The notes: a model not told the origin generated them from the letters alone. A DNA stretch of 64,000 bases from Vulcanimicrobiota bacterium (GCA_050250895.1 JBFWNU010000004.1:590934-654933); one strand, 5' to 3'. Shown: positions 16,432-26,518, counted from the first letter of the stretch. Numbers and translations are program-made.

Positions 16432-18803
16432 CCGAAGAGAAGATTCGCATCCTGGTGCTCGAGGACCAGGCCGAAATGCGCACTGCCCTGGCCGAAGCCC
16501 TCGAGGACGAAGGCTACGAGGTGACGGTAGCCAGCCGGGGGGCCGAGGCGGTGGCCATGGCTAGCGCCTCGCCCTATGACCTGCTGGTCACGGATATTCG
16601 CATGGACGGCATGGACGGGCTTGAGGCCCTGCGCCGGGTGCGCGAAGAACAACCCGAAATCCACAGCATGGTGGTCACCGGCTACTCCACCGAAGAGGAC
16701 TCGATTCGGGCCATCCGCCTGGGAGCAGGGGACTATCTGAAAAAGCCCTTCAAGCTCAGCGACTTTCTCGACCGGGTCAGCCGGCTGGTGGCCGAGCGCC
16801 GAGGCCAGATCGAGCGCCTCGAGAGCGAGCAGGGCCTGCGCGAGACGACCCTGTGCCTGGGCTGGGGACTGGCCGAAGGGCTGGACCCCACCGCCTGCCT
16901 GGCCGGACGGCTGGCCGCCTGGCTGAGCCGCGAGGTAGGCCTGGCCGACCAGGAGCCGCTGGCAGCGGCCGTAGCCGCCAGCTTGAGCGCCTCGGGCAAG
17001 GCCCCTCCGGCCCTGGCCCGGTTGGGCCAGCTGAGCAAGCCGATGGAGCGATTATTACGCCAGTATGACAGCTGGAAGAAAGCCCCCCTGGGGGCCCGGG
17101 TAGTAAGCCTGGCGGTAGCCGCGGCGGCCCGCTGGGAACAGCTTGAAGACGACCCCTCGGTCAGCCGGGCCGAGGTGCTCGAGGCCGAACAGCCCGGGCG
17201 TCACGACCCCTTCTTGCTGCAACTGGTCAATCGCTTTCCCGATTCGACCGGCGATTTTCTGGCCGAGCGCCTCGACCGGGCTCCGCCCCGGGAGCGTGGC
17301 CTGCTGAGTCTGGCCCTGACCCTGGAAGAGTCGGGCGACCTGGCCGGAGCCGAGCGAGCCTACCAGCTGATCACCAGCCCCGAGCGGCGTGAGGCCGTCA
17401 GCGCCTGGCTGGGTCTGGCCCGCCTGGCCCGCCGTCAGGACCAGCTCGAGACGGCCCACCAGGCCGTGGACCGAGCCGTGCAACTGGCCCGCCGCCACGG
17501 GCCCGGAGCCAGCGGAGAGGCTCTGCTCGAAGCCGGCTTGATGGGCCTGCACTGGGGCCTGGACGCGGCCGCGCCCATGCTCGAAGAGGCCGAGACCTTG
17601 CTGGCCAGAGTTGGCTCGCAGACGGGACGAGCGCGGGCGCGACTAGCCCGTTTCGGGTTGGGCCAGGTCGAGCCCGAAGTGGCCTTGGAAGCCCTCAAGA
17701 CGCTGGGCAACCCGGGCAATTTTGGCGAGCTGATCGGGGCCGCCCAGTGGCTCTTCCCCATCTTGCTCGAAGCCCGAGCCCGCCAGCCTCATGCGCTATT
17801 AGACGGGGCCCTGAGCCGGCTGGTGCGCGAGGTTCCTCGAGTGCTCGAAGGAGCTCTCGCCAGGGGCCTTTCCGAACCGGCCCGCGAGGTGGCCTTGAAC
17901 CTGGTGGCCTCGACCGGCTTGCTGAGCCTCAAGCCGGCCGTGACCCGAATGCTGGCCGACCCCAGCCCGGCCCTGCGCGAGCGGGCCGCCGAGCTGCTCA
18001 ACCGGCTGGCCGACCAGGATGGCCCGCCCTGTCTGATGCTCTACTCGATGGGCTCGTTCGAGGTCATGCTGGGTAGCGAGCGAGTCAAAGAATCGGGCTG
18101 GAAGACGGCTAAGGTCAAGTATCTGCTGGCCTATCTGGCCTCGCGCGCAGGCCGAGCGGTGGCTGACGATCGCCTCATCGAGCTGTTCTGGCCCGGCCCT
18201 GCGGCCAAGGGCAAGCGCAACCTCAACACCGCCGTCTCGCGCCTGCGCAAGTGCCTGCGCCCAGCCGATTGGGACGACGAACTCGACTATGTGCTGCGCT
18301 CTACCGGCCAGCTCTTGATGAATCCCCAACTGGCTCGCTGGCACGACCTCGAAGAGCTAGAAAAAGCGGCCAGTCGAGCGGCCCAGCTCGAGGCGACCGG
18401 GCAAGCGGCCGAGGGCATTGCCCACCACGCCCGGGTGGCCCAGCTCTATCGCGGCCCTTATCTCGAGGAATGCTATATGGACTGGGCTTCGGCTTATCGC
18501 ACCCGACTCGAGCAGACGGCTATGCTGAGCTTTCAGAAGCTGGCCGACCACTATCTCGAGAGCCAGCCCCAACAGGCCCTGGAATACGCCCAGCGCCAGC
18601 TCGAAATCGACCCCTGCAGCCAGGAGGCTTACGCCAACATCATCCAGGCGAACATCAAGCTGGGCGCCTATCAAGAGGCGGTTCGAGCCTTCAAGACCTG
18701 CGAAAAGGTGCTCGACCGCGAACTCGGCATGGAACCCTCGGTCGAGCTGTTTCGCCTCTACCAGATGGCTCTGGTCAGCCAGAGCGGCGGCCTGATCGGG
18801 TGA
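16428..18803 (+). CDS. Response regulator: REC - degenerate HD-GYP - TPR/HEAT - wHTH - BTAD (SARP-like)
   Basis: GTG 16428 after AGGAGG. REC motifs; KVKYLLAYL, LIELFWP, NLNTAVSRLRK, LYRGPYLE, DPCSQEA, RELGMEPS. Confidence 0.88.
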   Translation: MTEEKIRILVLEDQAEMRTALAEALEDEGYEVTVASRGAEAVAMASASPYDLLVTDIRMDGMDGLEALRRVREEQPEIHSMVVTGYSTEEDSIRAIRLGAGDYLKKPFKLSDFLDRVSRLVAERRGQIERLESEQGLRETTLCLGWGLAEGLDPTACLAGRLAAWLSREVGLADQEPLAAAVAASLSASGKAPPALARLGQLSKPMERLLRQYDSWKKAPLGARVVSLAVAAAARWEQLEDDPSVSRAEVLEAEQPGRHDPFLLQLVNRFPDSTGDFLAERLDRAPPRERGLLSLALTLEESGDLAGAERAYQLITSPERREAVSAWLGLARLARRQDQLETAHQAVDRAVQLARRHGPGASGEALLEAGLMGLHWGLDAAAPMLEEAETLLARVGSQTGRARARLARFGLGQVEPEVALEALKTLGNPGNFGELIGAAQWLFPILLEARARQPHALLDGALSRLVREVPRVLEGALARGLSEPAREVALNLVASTGLLSLKPAVTRMLADPSPALRERAAELLNRLADQDGPPCLMLYSMGSFEVMLGSERVKESGWKTAKVKYLLAYLASRAGRAVADDRLIELFWPGPAAKGKRNLNTAVSRLRKCLRPADWDDELDYVLRSTGQLLMNPQLARWHDLEELEKAASRAAQLEATGQAAEGIAHHARVAQLYRGPYLEECYMDWASAYRTRLEQTAMLSFQKLADHYLESQPQQALEYAQRQLEIDPCSQEAYANIIQANIKLGAYQEAVRAFKTCEKVLDRELGMEPSVELFRLYQMALVSQSGGLIG

Positions 18804-18843
18804 GCCCCCAGGCTAAGCTGGCCAGGAGCTAGAAAGAGCCGGA

Positions 18844-21800
18844 ATGACCTTTCGCCGGCTACTGACTTGCCTGGCTCTGTTGTGCTTGGCGGTCTTTCCG
18901 GCCCGGGCCGAAGCTCCCGAACTGGTGCTGCAGCTGGGGCACTCCAGACCTCTCACCACGGCTGCCTTCAGCCCCGACGGCACCAGCCTGCTGACCGGCA
19001 GCAACGACGGCAGCGCCCGCCTGTGGGACCTGGCCAGCGGCCGCTCGTTGCTGGCCGTCTATCCCGGCGCGCTCGAGGCCAAGCAGGACCTGACTCCGGA
19101 GGAAGTCCTGGGACAATACTCGGAAGGTGTGACCGGAGTCGCCTTTCGGCCCGATGGACGAGCCTTTGCCACCGCCACCCGACCGGGTCAGATTCAGGTC
19201 TGGGACGCGGCCAACGGCCGCCAGCTGGCCTCTTGGACCAGTCAACCCAACCTGATCTCGCTTGATTTTAGCCGCCAGGGCGACAGCCTGGCGGTGGCCA
19301 ACTCCCACGGGCAGATCACCGTCTTCGATGCGGCTACCGGCAAACAGCGCTTCCAGCTGAGCCACGGCAAAGCGGCGCTGCGGGCCATCTATACTCCCGA
19401 CGGACAGCTGGCCAGCTTCGGTCTGGATCGCGAGGTCAAGCTGTGGGACCCGGCCACGGGCGCTCCGGCCGAGACCTTCGCCGCGCCTGGGCTTTACGTC
19501 ACGGCGGCAGCCTTTTCCAAGGCCGGCCGCCTGGCCGTGGCCGGCCCACGCAGCCTCATTGTCTATCCCGACAAGAAGGTTCTGCGTCTGAGCAAAGTCG
19601 AGGGGTTGGCCTTTGCCCCCGACGGCAAAACGCTGCTGGTCACCAGCCAGGAGCGCCTGCAACGCGTGGATGTGGCCACCGGCTCGGTGTTGGGTCAGGC
19701 CCCCAGTAGCCCGGTCGCCAAAGGCCTGGTGGTCAGCCCTGACGGTAGCCGGGCGGCGACCTCGACCAGGACTCCCGACGTGCTGGTCTGGGACACCCGT
19801 CAATTCGGGCTGGTCGGCACCTTCCAGGGGCGCGAATCGAGCTGGCCGGCTCCGCTGGCCTTCTCGGCTGACGGGCGCAGGCTGGCCGCCGGCTCGGGTT
19901 CGGTTCTTTCTGTGTTTAACCTCGATGGCGGCCGACTCGAACTGGTCCACGACCTGCCCGGCGCGATCTCGGCCGTAGACCTCTCCAAAAACGGGCGCTG
20001 GCTGGCCGCGGCCACCCGCCAGGGAGCTGTCTGGCTGTGGTCCATCGAAGACGACAAACAAGTGGCCATGGTTGCCCCCGATGCCAGTTATCGCGAAAAG
20101 GATCAGGCCCTCAGCGGGTTGAGCTTTAGCCCCGACGACTCGCTGTTGGCTGTCCATGGCGCCCACGGCATTCGCCTGCTCGAGGTGCCCACTGGTGCTA
20201 CCCGCCTCAAATTCTCGGCCCACCACGGTCTGATCACCGGCCTCTGCGTCACTCCCCGAGGCTTTGCCAGCTGCGACCTCGAGGGGCGAGTCCTCCATTG
20301 GGACAAGACCGGAAAAATCCTCGAAGAGTTCAAGCTCGACGGCCCGGCGCTCTCGGTAGCCGCTGACAAAGACGGCCAGCTGGCAGTCGCCGGCCCCGAT
20401 AAGATCACCTTTCCCGGCAGCAACCGCTCGGCTCTGCCCGGCTCTTTTCCTGTCCAACTGCGATTCTCCGACGACGGCAAGCTCGGCTGGGTCGAGGGCA
20501 AGACGGTCGTGCACGATGGCCAACGACTAGAGCATGCCAGCCCGGTGAGCGGCTTTGCCACCCAGCCCGGGGGTGGCCTGCTGGTCACCCACGCCAAGGA
20601 CGAGCAATTCCGCTTCTGGTCGGCCGGCGGTCAGCTGCTGGCCACCCTGGCCACGCCGTCCTCGACAGAATGGGTGGCCTTCGACCCTCAGGGCCGATTC
20701 GACGGCTCGACGGCCGGCCAACAGCGCCTCGAATGGCGCATCAAAGACCGCCTTTTCGCCCTCGAGCAGTTCTACAACCAGTTCTTCACCCCCGGCTTGC
20801 TGGGGCAACTGGGCGCCCAAAGGCCGGCTCCCGAACGCTCGGTCGAGGGGCTGGCCCCGCCCCCGCGCGTTCGCATCCTCTCGCCAGAACCCGGTCAGAA
20901 GATCGACGCGCCCAAAGTGACCGTCAGGGTCGAATTCACGGACCAGGGCGGCGGCATCGCTTCTCCGAGCCTGTATCTCAACGACAGCCGCGCCCCGGCG
21001 CCATACAATCAGGGCCAGTTCGAGGTGCAACTGGTGCCCGGCAGCAATGTCATTCGGGTCACGGCCACCAATCGCGACGGCACCGTCGAGAGCCGCCCCG
21101 ACCGCATTCGGCTCGAGTGCACCTCGGCTGCGGCCGCCCCTCGCCTGCATGTGCTGGCGGTGGGTATCGATCGCTACCAGGCCGGGATGAACCTCTCCTT
21201 CGCCCGGGCCGACGCCCTGGCCATCGGCAGCTTTTTCAAGCCCGGTCTGTTCGCGGCCGTCCAGGCCGACGCCCTCACCGATGAGCAGGCCACCCGCCAG
21301 GCGGTGCTGTCAGCCCTGGCCCGGCTCAAAGCGACAGCCCCCCAGGACACCGTGCTGGTCTATCTGGCCGGCCACGGAACCACCATCGGAGACGTGTTCT
21401 ACTTCATGCCTTCAGACGCCCGAGTGGACACTGACCAGAGCCTGCGCCAGACTTGCCTGTCCTCGACCGAACTCGGCCAGGCGCTCGACGACATCCCGGC
21501 TACCAAGCAGATCCTGGTGCTCGACGCCTGCCACTCGGGGGCTAGCAATAAGGCCCTCTCGCGCCTGGTCGGCGCCCGCGACCCCATGACCCGCATTCGC
21601 GCCCAGCAAAGACTGGCCCGCAGCAGCGGGGTCTTTCTCATCGCCGCCTCCACCGCCGAGCAGGCCGCCAAGGAATACCCCGAATTGGGCCACGGAGTGC
21701 TCACCTACGCCATCCTGCGAGCCCTGGGCGAAGGCGGCCGGCCCGAGGCCCTCGATGACGAAGGTGTGGTCACGGCCAATTCGCTTTTGACCTACGTGGC

Positions 21801-21897
21801 CCGCGAGGTGCCCCGGCTGACCCGCAAGTTCCAGGGCAGCGAGCAGATTCCCGTGCAGTTTAGCACCGGCCAGGACTTCCCCCTGATCACACCGTGA
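18844..21897 (+). CDS. Exported WD40-repeat protein with C-terminal caspase-like peptidase C14 domain
   Basis: Signal peptide. GH...AFSPDG...LWD repeats. YLAGHG and LDACHSG catalytic dyad. Confidence 0.9.
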   Translation: MTFRRLLTCLALLCLAVFPARAEAPELVLQLGHSRPLTTAAFSPDGTSLLTGSNDGSARLWDLASGRSLLAVYPGALEAKQDLTPEEVLGQYSEGVTGVAFRPDGRAFATATRPGQIQVWDAANGRQLASWTSQPNLISLDFSRQGDSLAVANSHGQITVFDAATGKQRFQLSHGKAALRAIYTPDGQLASFGLDREVKLWDPATGAPAETFAAPGLYVTAAAFSKAGRLAVAGPRSLIVYPDKKVLRLSKVEGLAFAPDGKTLLVTSQERLQRVDVATGSVLGQAPSSPVAKGLVVSPDGSRAATSTRTPDVLVWDTRQFGLVGTFQGRESSWPAPLAFSADGRRLAAGSGSVLSVFNLDGGRLELVHDLPGAISAVDLSKNGRWLAAATRQGAVWLWSIEDDKQVAMVAPDASYREKDQALSGLSFSPDDSLLAVHGAHGIRLLEVPTGATRLKFSAHHGLITGLCVTPRGFASCDLEGRVLHWDKTGKILEEFKLDGPALSVAADKDGQLAVAGPDKITFPGSNRSALPGSFPVQLRFSDDGKLGWVEGKTVVHDGQRLEHASPVSGFATQPGGGLLVTHAKDEQFRFWSAGGQLLATLATPSSTEWVAFDPQGRFDGSTAGQQRLEWRIKDRLFALEQFYNQFFTPGLLGQLGAQRPAPERSVEGLAPPPRVRILSPEPGQKIDAPKVTVRVEFTDQGGGIASPSLYLNDSRAPAPYNQGQFEVQLVPGSNVIRVTATNRDGTVESRPDRIRLECTSAAAAPRLHVLAVGIDRYQAGMNLSFARADALAIGSFFKPGLFAAVQADALTDEQATRQAVLSALARLKATAPQDTVLVYLAGHGTTIGDVFYFMPSDARVDTDQSLRQTCLSSTELGQALDDIPATKQILVLDACHSGASNKALSRLVGARDPMTRIRAQQRLARSSGVFLIAASTAEQAAKEYPELGHGVLTYAILRALGEGGRPEALDDEGVVTANSLLTYVAREVPRLTRKFQGSEQIPVQFSTGQDFPLITP

Positions 21898-21921
21898 ACC
21901 CGGCTTCGGCCCCTTCACACC
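21893..21921 (+). repeat. 29-bp direct repeat left of the TA module
   Basis: CGTGAACCCGGCTTCGGCCCCTTCACACC. 26/29 identical to 22818-22846. Confidence 0.75.
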
Positions 21922-21926
21922 TAGCC

Positions 21927-21955
21927 TTGACACAGAATATGTGCGCACGTATCAT
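21927..21955 (+). promoter_or_regulatory. Sigma70 promoter of the TA operon (leaderless)
   Basis: TTGACA-N17-TATCAT-N6-ATG. Overlapping short palindrome GTGCGCAC. Confidence 0.8.
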
Positions 21956-21961
21956 GTGTGC

Positions 21962-22177
21962 ATGAATATCACCCTCTCCGTCGACGAAGGGCTGCTAAAA
22001 CGGGCTCGCGTGGCGGCCAAGGCCATGGGAAAGAGCCTCAACCAGTTGATTCGAGAGTACCTCGAGGAAATTTCAGGGACCGACGATCGGCAAGCGCTAG
22101 TCGACGAATTGAACGAGTTGAGGGCTAAGGGAGACTCGGGCGGTTGGCAGTTCAACCGCGAGGAACTCTATGACTGA
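21962..22177 (+). CDS. Ribbon-helix-helix antitoxin
   Basis: MNITLSVDEGLLKRAR..A...GKSLNQLIREYL. Overlaps the PIN gene. Confidence 0.85.
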   Translation: MNITLSVDEGLLKRARVAAKAMGKSLNQLIREYLEEISGTDDRQALVDELNELRAKGDSGGWQFNREELYD

Positions 22178-22583
22178 GCGCTCCTTCGTCGACACGAATG
22201 TCCTGGTCTACGCCGCCGACCGCTCGGCCGGGGCAAAGCAAAGAGTCGCGGCTGAGCTGTTAGACTCGGGAATCTTGTCGGGAAAGATCGTGTTCTCGAT
22301 TCAAGTTTTCCAAGAATACTTCTCTGCCTGCATCAAGAAACTCCAAGTCGACCCCGCCATCGCCAGAAGAACCATCGAACTCTATGGTCAGCAGTCGGTC
22401 GTGCTTCCCGATGTCGATGACATCCTACAGGCCATCGATCTTCACCGGCTCCATCAACTATCGGTCTGGGACGCCCTGATCGTGCGCGCCGCCATCCGAG
22501 GACAGTGCAAGGTCCTGTATACTGAAGACCTTCAGCATCGCCAGGTCTTTCAGGGCCTGAGAGTAGTCAACCCATTCGTCTAG
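22170..22583 (+). CDS. vapC: PIN-domain VapC toxin
   Basis: FVDTNVLVYA, QE, LSVWDALI, LYTEDL, VNPF. Confidence 0.9.
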   Translation: MTERSFVDTNVLVYAADRSAGAKQRVAAELLDSGILSGKIVFSIQVFQEYFSACIKKLQVDPAIARRTIELYGQQSVVLPDVDDILQAIDLHRLHQLSVWDALIVRAAIRGQCKVLYTEDLQHRQVFQGLRVVNPFV

Positions 22584-22817
22584 CCTCGGCCCAGGGACAG
22601 CCTCCGATCGGTGGTGTGCGTCTTGGGATGGGACTCATCGACATTGGGCGCCGAGATGCTGGGTCGGCGTGGCGAGTTGTGCGCCGCACAAATCGATTCG
22701 ATGGTGGGTACGGCGCACATCGGGCAGGCCCGGCATTACCTACTCCGTGTTCTCCTGATCTCCGTGTTCCATTCGTCAAACACCAACGTCGCCAGTCTCA
22801 GACAACCCTTCACCCTG

Positions 22818-22846
22818 CGTGAACCCGGCTTTGGTCACTTCACACC
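22818..22846 (+). repeat. 29-bp direct repeat right of the TA module
   Basis: CGTGAACCCGGCTTTGGTCACTTCACACC. Confidence 0.75.
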
Positions 22847-23022
22847 GTGAAAATCGCGGCGTACTCGCCTGGCCAGGTCACTTCCAGCTGGAAGCACCAC
22901 CGGCTGCACTACCCCTGCCAACACGACCCCCTCGGCGCCTTCCCGTCTCGGCGGTTTTCACGGAGAGCGCCCACCTCGCAGTATACTGTGCCCTACCGGG
23001 TCCTCCGCGTAGTGCGAACCGC

Positions 23023-25191
23023 TCATAGTTCGTGGGTGGAGAGATTGGTCATCTGGACGCTGACCGGGGCGGACGGCATCCACGAGGTGAGATAAGCCGG
23101 ATCGAAGGTCAGGTCGACCGAATCGGCGGTCAGGTAGATGTTGCCCTGGCCAGCCACCGGGGGGGCCGAGGGGTCGCCGCCGTAGGCCACCATCGCCCCC
23201 CGCAGGTCAAATTTGCGACCCGCGTGCTTCTCGCCACCGACCTGGACGGTGATGTTCTTCCAGCTGTAGACGATGCCCTTGAGCTTGACGTCGACATAGT
23301 CATAGAGGGTGGGATCGTCGTCGTGGGGGCGCAGGGTGGAAATGAAGATGTCGTCGCGGGCATAGAGGCTGACGCCCGCGCGCTCGGCATCAGGATCGGC
23401 CGAGAGGTCGACTCCCACACCCACGATGCGAATCTGGCCACCGGCCTTGATCGAAGCGTTCTCGCCCGAGAGGTCGGCCCCGAAGCGGATGTCGCCATTG
23501 CCACTGGTCGAGAGCGAGGCCGGCCCGCCATCGGCACCCTCGAAGCGCACCTCGAAATCCTGGGGGGCTAACGAGTCGGTGGCCGCCCCCAGATTGAGTG
23601 TCTCCATGGTGCGTCCCGTGCCCGGGTTGGCCACGAAGTCGTCAAAGGCGGCCGGATCGATGGCATACCAGTCCGAACCCTGCGGGTTGAGAAGGTGACC
23701 GTTCGGCGCCGTGGTCGAGTGCAGCTTGCCGCCGCCGAAGAGATAGGTCACGGCTTGATCACCACTGCCGTAGACGGTCATGGTGTTCTTATCCCAATGG
23801 ATGCCGTTGCCGCCTGGGCCCGAGAAATCGCCAACAGGGGCAAGGGTCTTGAGCATCTCGTGAATCTCGGAGCCGTCGTTCCAGTCATTGATGCCGATAT
23901 AGTTAGCGGCGGCGGTGGCATAATCGTTGGGTGCGCCGTAGGGCAGCGGCGGACGACTGGGGTTAGAGGCATCCTCGGCCACTCCGCTGCGGGGAATGAT
24001 CGTCAGATCCTCGACCGGGTGGTTGGGGTCGCCCACCGGCGTCACGTCGACCTCGGTGGTGACCGCGAAGACCTTCTTGCCGTCGGCCTCGTGAAACGAG
24101 ACGGCCCCGGTCAGGTTGACGATGGTGCCCTCGTCGCTGGGATCGGCCTGGATGCGGGCCTCGTAGTCTTCCCAATTGTCGGGATAGTAGTGGACCTGCC
24201 CGTCGGCCTCCCAAAAGACATAGACGCCGGCCGGCAGCGTGCCGTCACCCGGTTCGTCGAGGTCATCCCAGGCCAGTTGATAAAAGGCGTCGCCGGCCTC
24301 TTCCAGAGCCTTGCTGATGTGGTCGGTGTCGAAGTTCGCCTTGACGGTGCCGCCAGCCAACACCTCGGCGCTGGCGGCCGTACGCAAGTTTTCTCCTGGC
24401 CCATCCACGGTGAGGTCGTTCTTGACCCGCACCCGGGTGGGCTGGTCACTGCCGACGCTGGCCAGGTTCAAAGGAGCGGTCCCCGTCAGGTCGGTTACAA
24501 AGTCTCCGGCCGACATCAACACGGCTCCGTTCACGTCTCCCTCGAGCTCGAGATCGCCCACGCCACACAAGGACTCGATGGTCAGGTGAGCGCGAATCGC
24601 CTGCAGAGGGGGATTTGGGTTGGCGGCGTCGGCCACCGAAAGCTGGGGCGAGACCCGGCCTTCGATCAGCAGCGCTACGCAGTGCTCGGGCACCTCGTGA
24701 TCGGCTGTGCCGTTGACGGAATAGTTCGCGCCGTTGGCGATGGGCAGAACCACCGGCCCGCTGCCCAACAGGTTGTTGACCGAGACATAAGGGGTATCGA
24801 AGCGCAATTCGGCCGGAGGGTCGTCAAGATCGTCGCCCCCACCGCCGCCGTCTTGATGGTTGAAGCGAATCCGAAACTGTGCGGTGCGGCCCGAACCGTC
24901 GCGCAACAGACCAACCACGTTACCGTCTCGCTCGACCACCACCAGGTCGGGGGTGTCGACCACGGTGCCGTTGCCGTCGCCGCGCCAGGTCGGATTTTCT
25001 TCGAGCCGGGTCATGGCGTAGGCCAGTCCCGAACGGGCCGCCCCTCGGGCCGCTTTGTAGTCGGCCTCATTGCGAATAAGGCCCAACTGGCCCGGGTTGA
25101 GAGAGGCCGCCGCGCCGACGAACATTGCGATCAAGAGAGTCAGCAAGAGAACGGCGACGATGACGATGCCACGAGATCCAGACCTAATCAC
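23023..25191 (-). CDS. Large PilX-like minor pilin / pilus-tip protein
   Basis: RG|IVIVAVLLLTLLIAMFV class III signal without E5. AARSGLAYA motif. Acidic beta-rich body. Confidence 0.75.
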   Translation of the reverse strand: MIRSGSRGIVIVAVLLLTLLIAMFVGAAASLNPGQLGLIRNEADYKAARGAARSGLAYAMTRLEENPTWRGDGNGTVVDTPDLVVVERDGNVVGLLRDGSGRTAQFRIRFNHQDGGGGGDDLDDPPAELRFDTPYVSVNNLLGSGPVVLPIANGANYSVNGTADHEVPEHCVALLIEGRVSPQLSVADAANPNPPLQAIRAHLTIESLCGVGDLELEGDVNGAVLMSAGDFVTDLTGTAPLNLASVGSDQPTRVRVKNDLTVDGPGENLRTAASAEVLAGGTVKANFDTDHISKALEEAGDAFYQLAWDDLDEPGDGTLPAGVYVFWEADGQVHYYPDNWEDYEARIQADPSDEGTIVNLTGAVSFHEADGKKVFAVTTEVDVTPVGDPNHPVEDLTIIPRSGVAEDASNPSRPPLPYGAPNDYATAAANYIGINDWNDGSEIHEMLKTLAPVGDFSGPGGNGIHWDKNTMTVYGSGDQAVTYLFGGGKLHSTTAPNGHLLNPQGSDWYAIDPAAFDDFVANPGTGRTMETLNLGAATDSLAPQDFEVRFEGADGGPASLSTSGNGDIRFGADLSGENASIKAGGQIRIVGVGVDLSADPDAERAGVSLYARDDIFISTLRPHDDDPTLYDYVDVKLKGIVYSWKNITVQVGGEKHAGRKFDLRGAMVAYGGDPSAPPVAGQGNIYLTADSVDLTFDPAYLTSWMPSAPVSVQMTNLSTHEL

Positions 25192-25197
25192 CCCAAT

Positions 25198-25230
25198 AGT
25201 ATAACCCCTGAAAGTCGAATCTGCTATAAT
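25198..25230. promoter_or_regulatory. Back-to-back -10 boxes for divergent leaderless pilin transcripts
   Basis: TATACT (minus, 25198-25203) is 6 nt from GTG 25191. TATAAT (plus, 25225-25230) is 6 nt from ATG 25237. Confidence 0.65.
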
Positions 25231-25236
25231 TTGGCG

Positions 25237-25746
25237 ATGAAGGTGGGGACGCGCGGGTTCACTCTGTTGGAGGTCCTGCTGGCCATTGGCTTAGCGGCCG
25301 TGGTCGTGCTTACCCTTTTGGCCCTGGGGGCTCAATCGCTCCGGGCCTCACAAAAGAGTGGCGATAGCGACAAGGCGCTGATGGTGGCCGACAACGTGCT
25401 CGAACGGGTGGTGGCCCACGTCAAAGCCGACGACCCCGCGGGTTGCCGCGATAGTTTTTGGAACGACGCGGGCACGGCGCCCTGGATCCCACCCTGGGAC
25501 GCCAACACATCGGTAACCGTCGAGGGAACCGAATACCGCTACACCATTTTTACCTCGAGGGTCACCAACCAGCTCAATGGCCAGGTCTTGGGAACCGGAC
25601 CGGCCGGTAGCGAGGTGCCTGACAATGGTCTCAAGAAGGTCGACATCGTGGTGGAATGGTGGGACGAACCCAACGGCAGTCATCAGGGCTACGGCCTGCT
25701 CGAGGTACGGCTGACGCGCCTGGTGAAGCGGCCCCGTGAAAGCTAG
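25237..25746 (+). CDS. PilV-like minor pilin (prepilin N-methylation motif)
   Basis: MKVGTRG|FTLLEVLLAIGL; LKKVDIVVEW. Confidence 0.85.
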   Translation: MKVGTRGFTLLEVLLAIGLAAVVVLTLLALGAQSLRASQKSGDSDKALMVADNVLERVVAHVKADDPAGCRDSFWNDAGTAPWIPPWDANTSVTVEGTEYRYTIFTSRVTNQLNGQVLGTGPAGSEVPDNGLKKVDIVVEWWDEPNGSHQGYGLLEVRLTRLVKRPRES

Positions 25747-26518
25747 AGCGGGAGGCTTCACCCAGATCGAGCTATTGGTGGCCGTCGGGCTCTTCGCCAT
25801 CATCATGACCGTGCTGGCCTTTGCCCTGGGCCAGACGGTGAAAGTGTGGAATCACTCCTGGGGCGACGACGAGTCGATCCGCGAGCTACGCCGAGGCCGC
25901 CAACGCCTGGATCAGGAACTGTCAGCCACCGGGTTCAGCTTCTTGAGTCGAGCCGACGGGCCCACCACCCTGGTCGGCAAGGATGGCGACGCCCTCTGGT
26001 TTTTGTCGGCCCACGACCCCGCCACCGGTGAGTTTCTGGTCAAGTCTGACGGAACCCCTGACTGGTCGTGCAACGTGCTCTACTATGCCGTCTGCCCCAC
26101 CAATCTCGCCAGCTTCGGTTTCACTGGTCCCGGTCTTGCCAGCGGAGGCTACGAGGTTGCTTGTCCTTACAAGGTGCTGGTACGCAAGGTGATTGACAGC
26201 CAGCCGGGCCCGGGCGAGACGCTGTTGACCGATGTCGCCCCCTATCTCGACGCACCGGCCGGCGTCGACACGAGCAGCCTGGGCGGGCCCGGTCTGGTGC
26301 GGGCCGAGATCGTTTGCTCACGACTGTTGAGCTTTCGCGTAGCGACGGACGACGTGGTGGGCGAGGTCTCGGTCGACCTGCGCGGGGTGGCTCTGCGACG
26401 AGCCTTGCGCGAAGTGGCCGTGGGCAGCCTTTCGCTCGAGAGCGGAGCCTACACCTCGCAGTTGCAGTTTTCGGTCTTTCCTGCCAATGGCGGCCCGCTG
26501 GCGACGCCTACCCCGTGA
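25736..26518 (+). CDS. PilW/GspJ-like minor pilin
   Basis: GG|FTQIELLVAVGLFAIIM. Confidence 0.8.
   Translation: MKARAGGFTQIELLVAVGLFAIIMTVLAFALGQTVKVWNHSWGDDESIRELRRGRQRLDQELSATGFSFLSRADGPTTLVGKDGDALWFLSAHDPATGEFLVKSDGTPDWSCNVLYYAVCPTNLASFGFTGPGLASGGYEVACPYKVLVRKVIDSQPGPGETLLTDVAPYLDAPAGVDTSSLGGPGLVRAEIVCSRLLSFRVATDDVVGEVSVDLRGVALRRALREVAVGSLSLESGAYTSQLQFSVFPANGGPLATPTP

Noticed and set aside
13760-20523. Long antisense ORFs (e.g. 13760-15442 and 18859-20523; also 43613-45430, 57513-58469)
   Set aside because: Shadow ORFs expected opposite GC3-rich genes; no motifs.
22590-23020. Possible small ORFs or riboswitch after vapC; short GAACACGGAG tandem near 22742-22770
   Set aside because: No convincing ORF or known riboswitch consensus.
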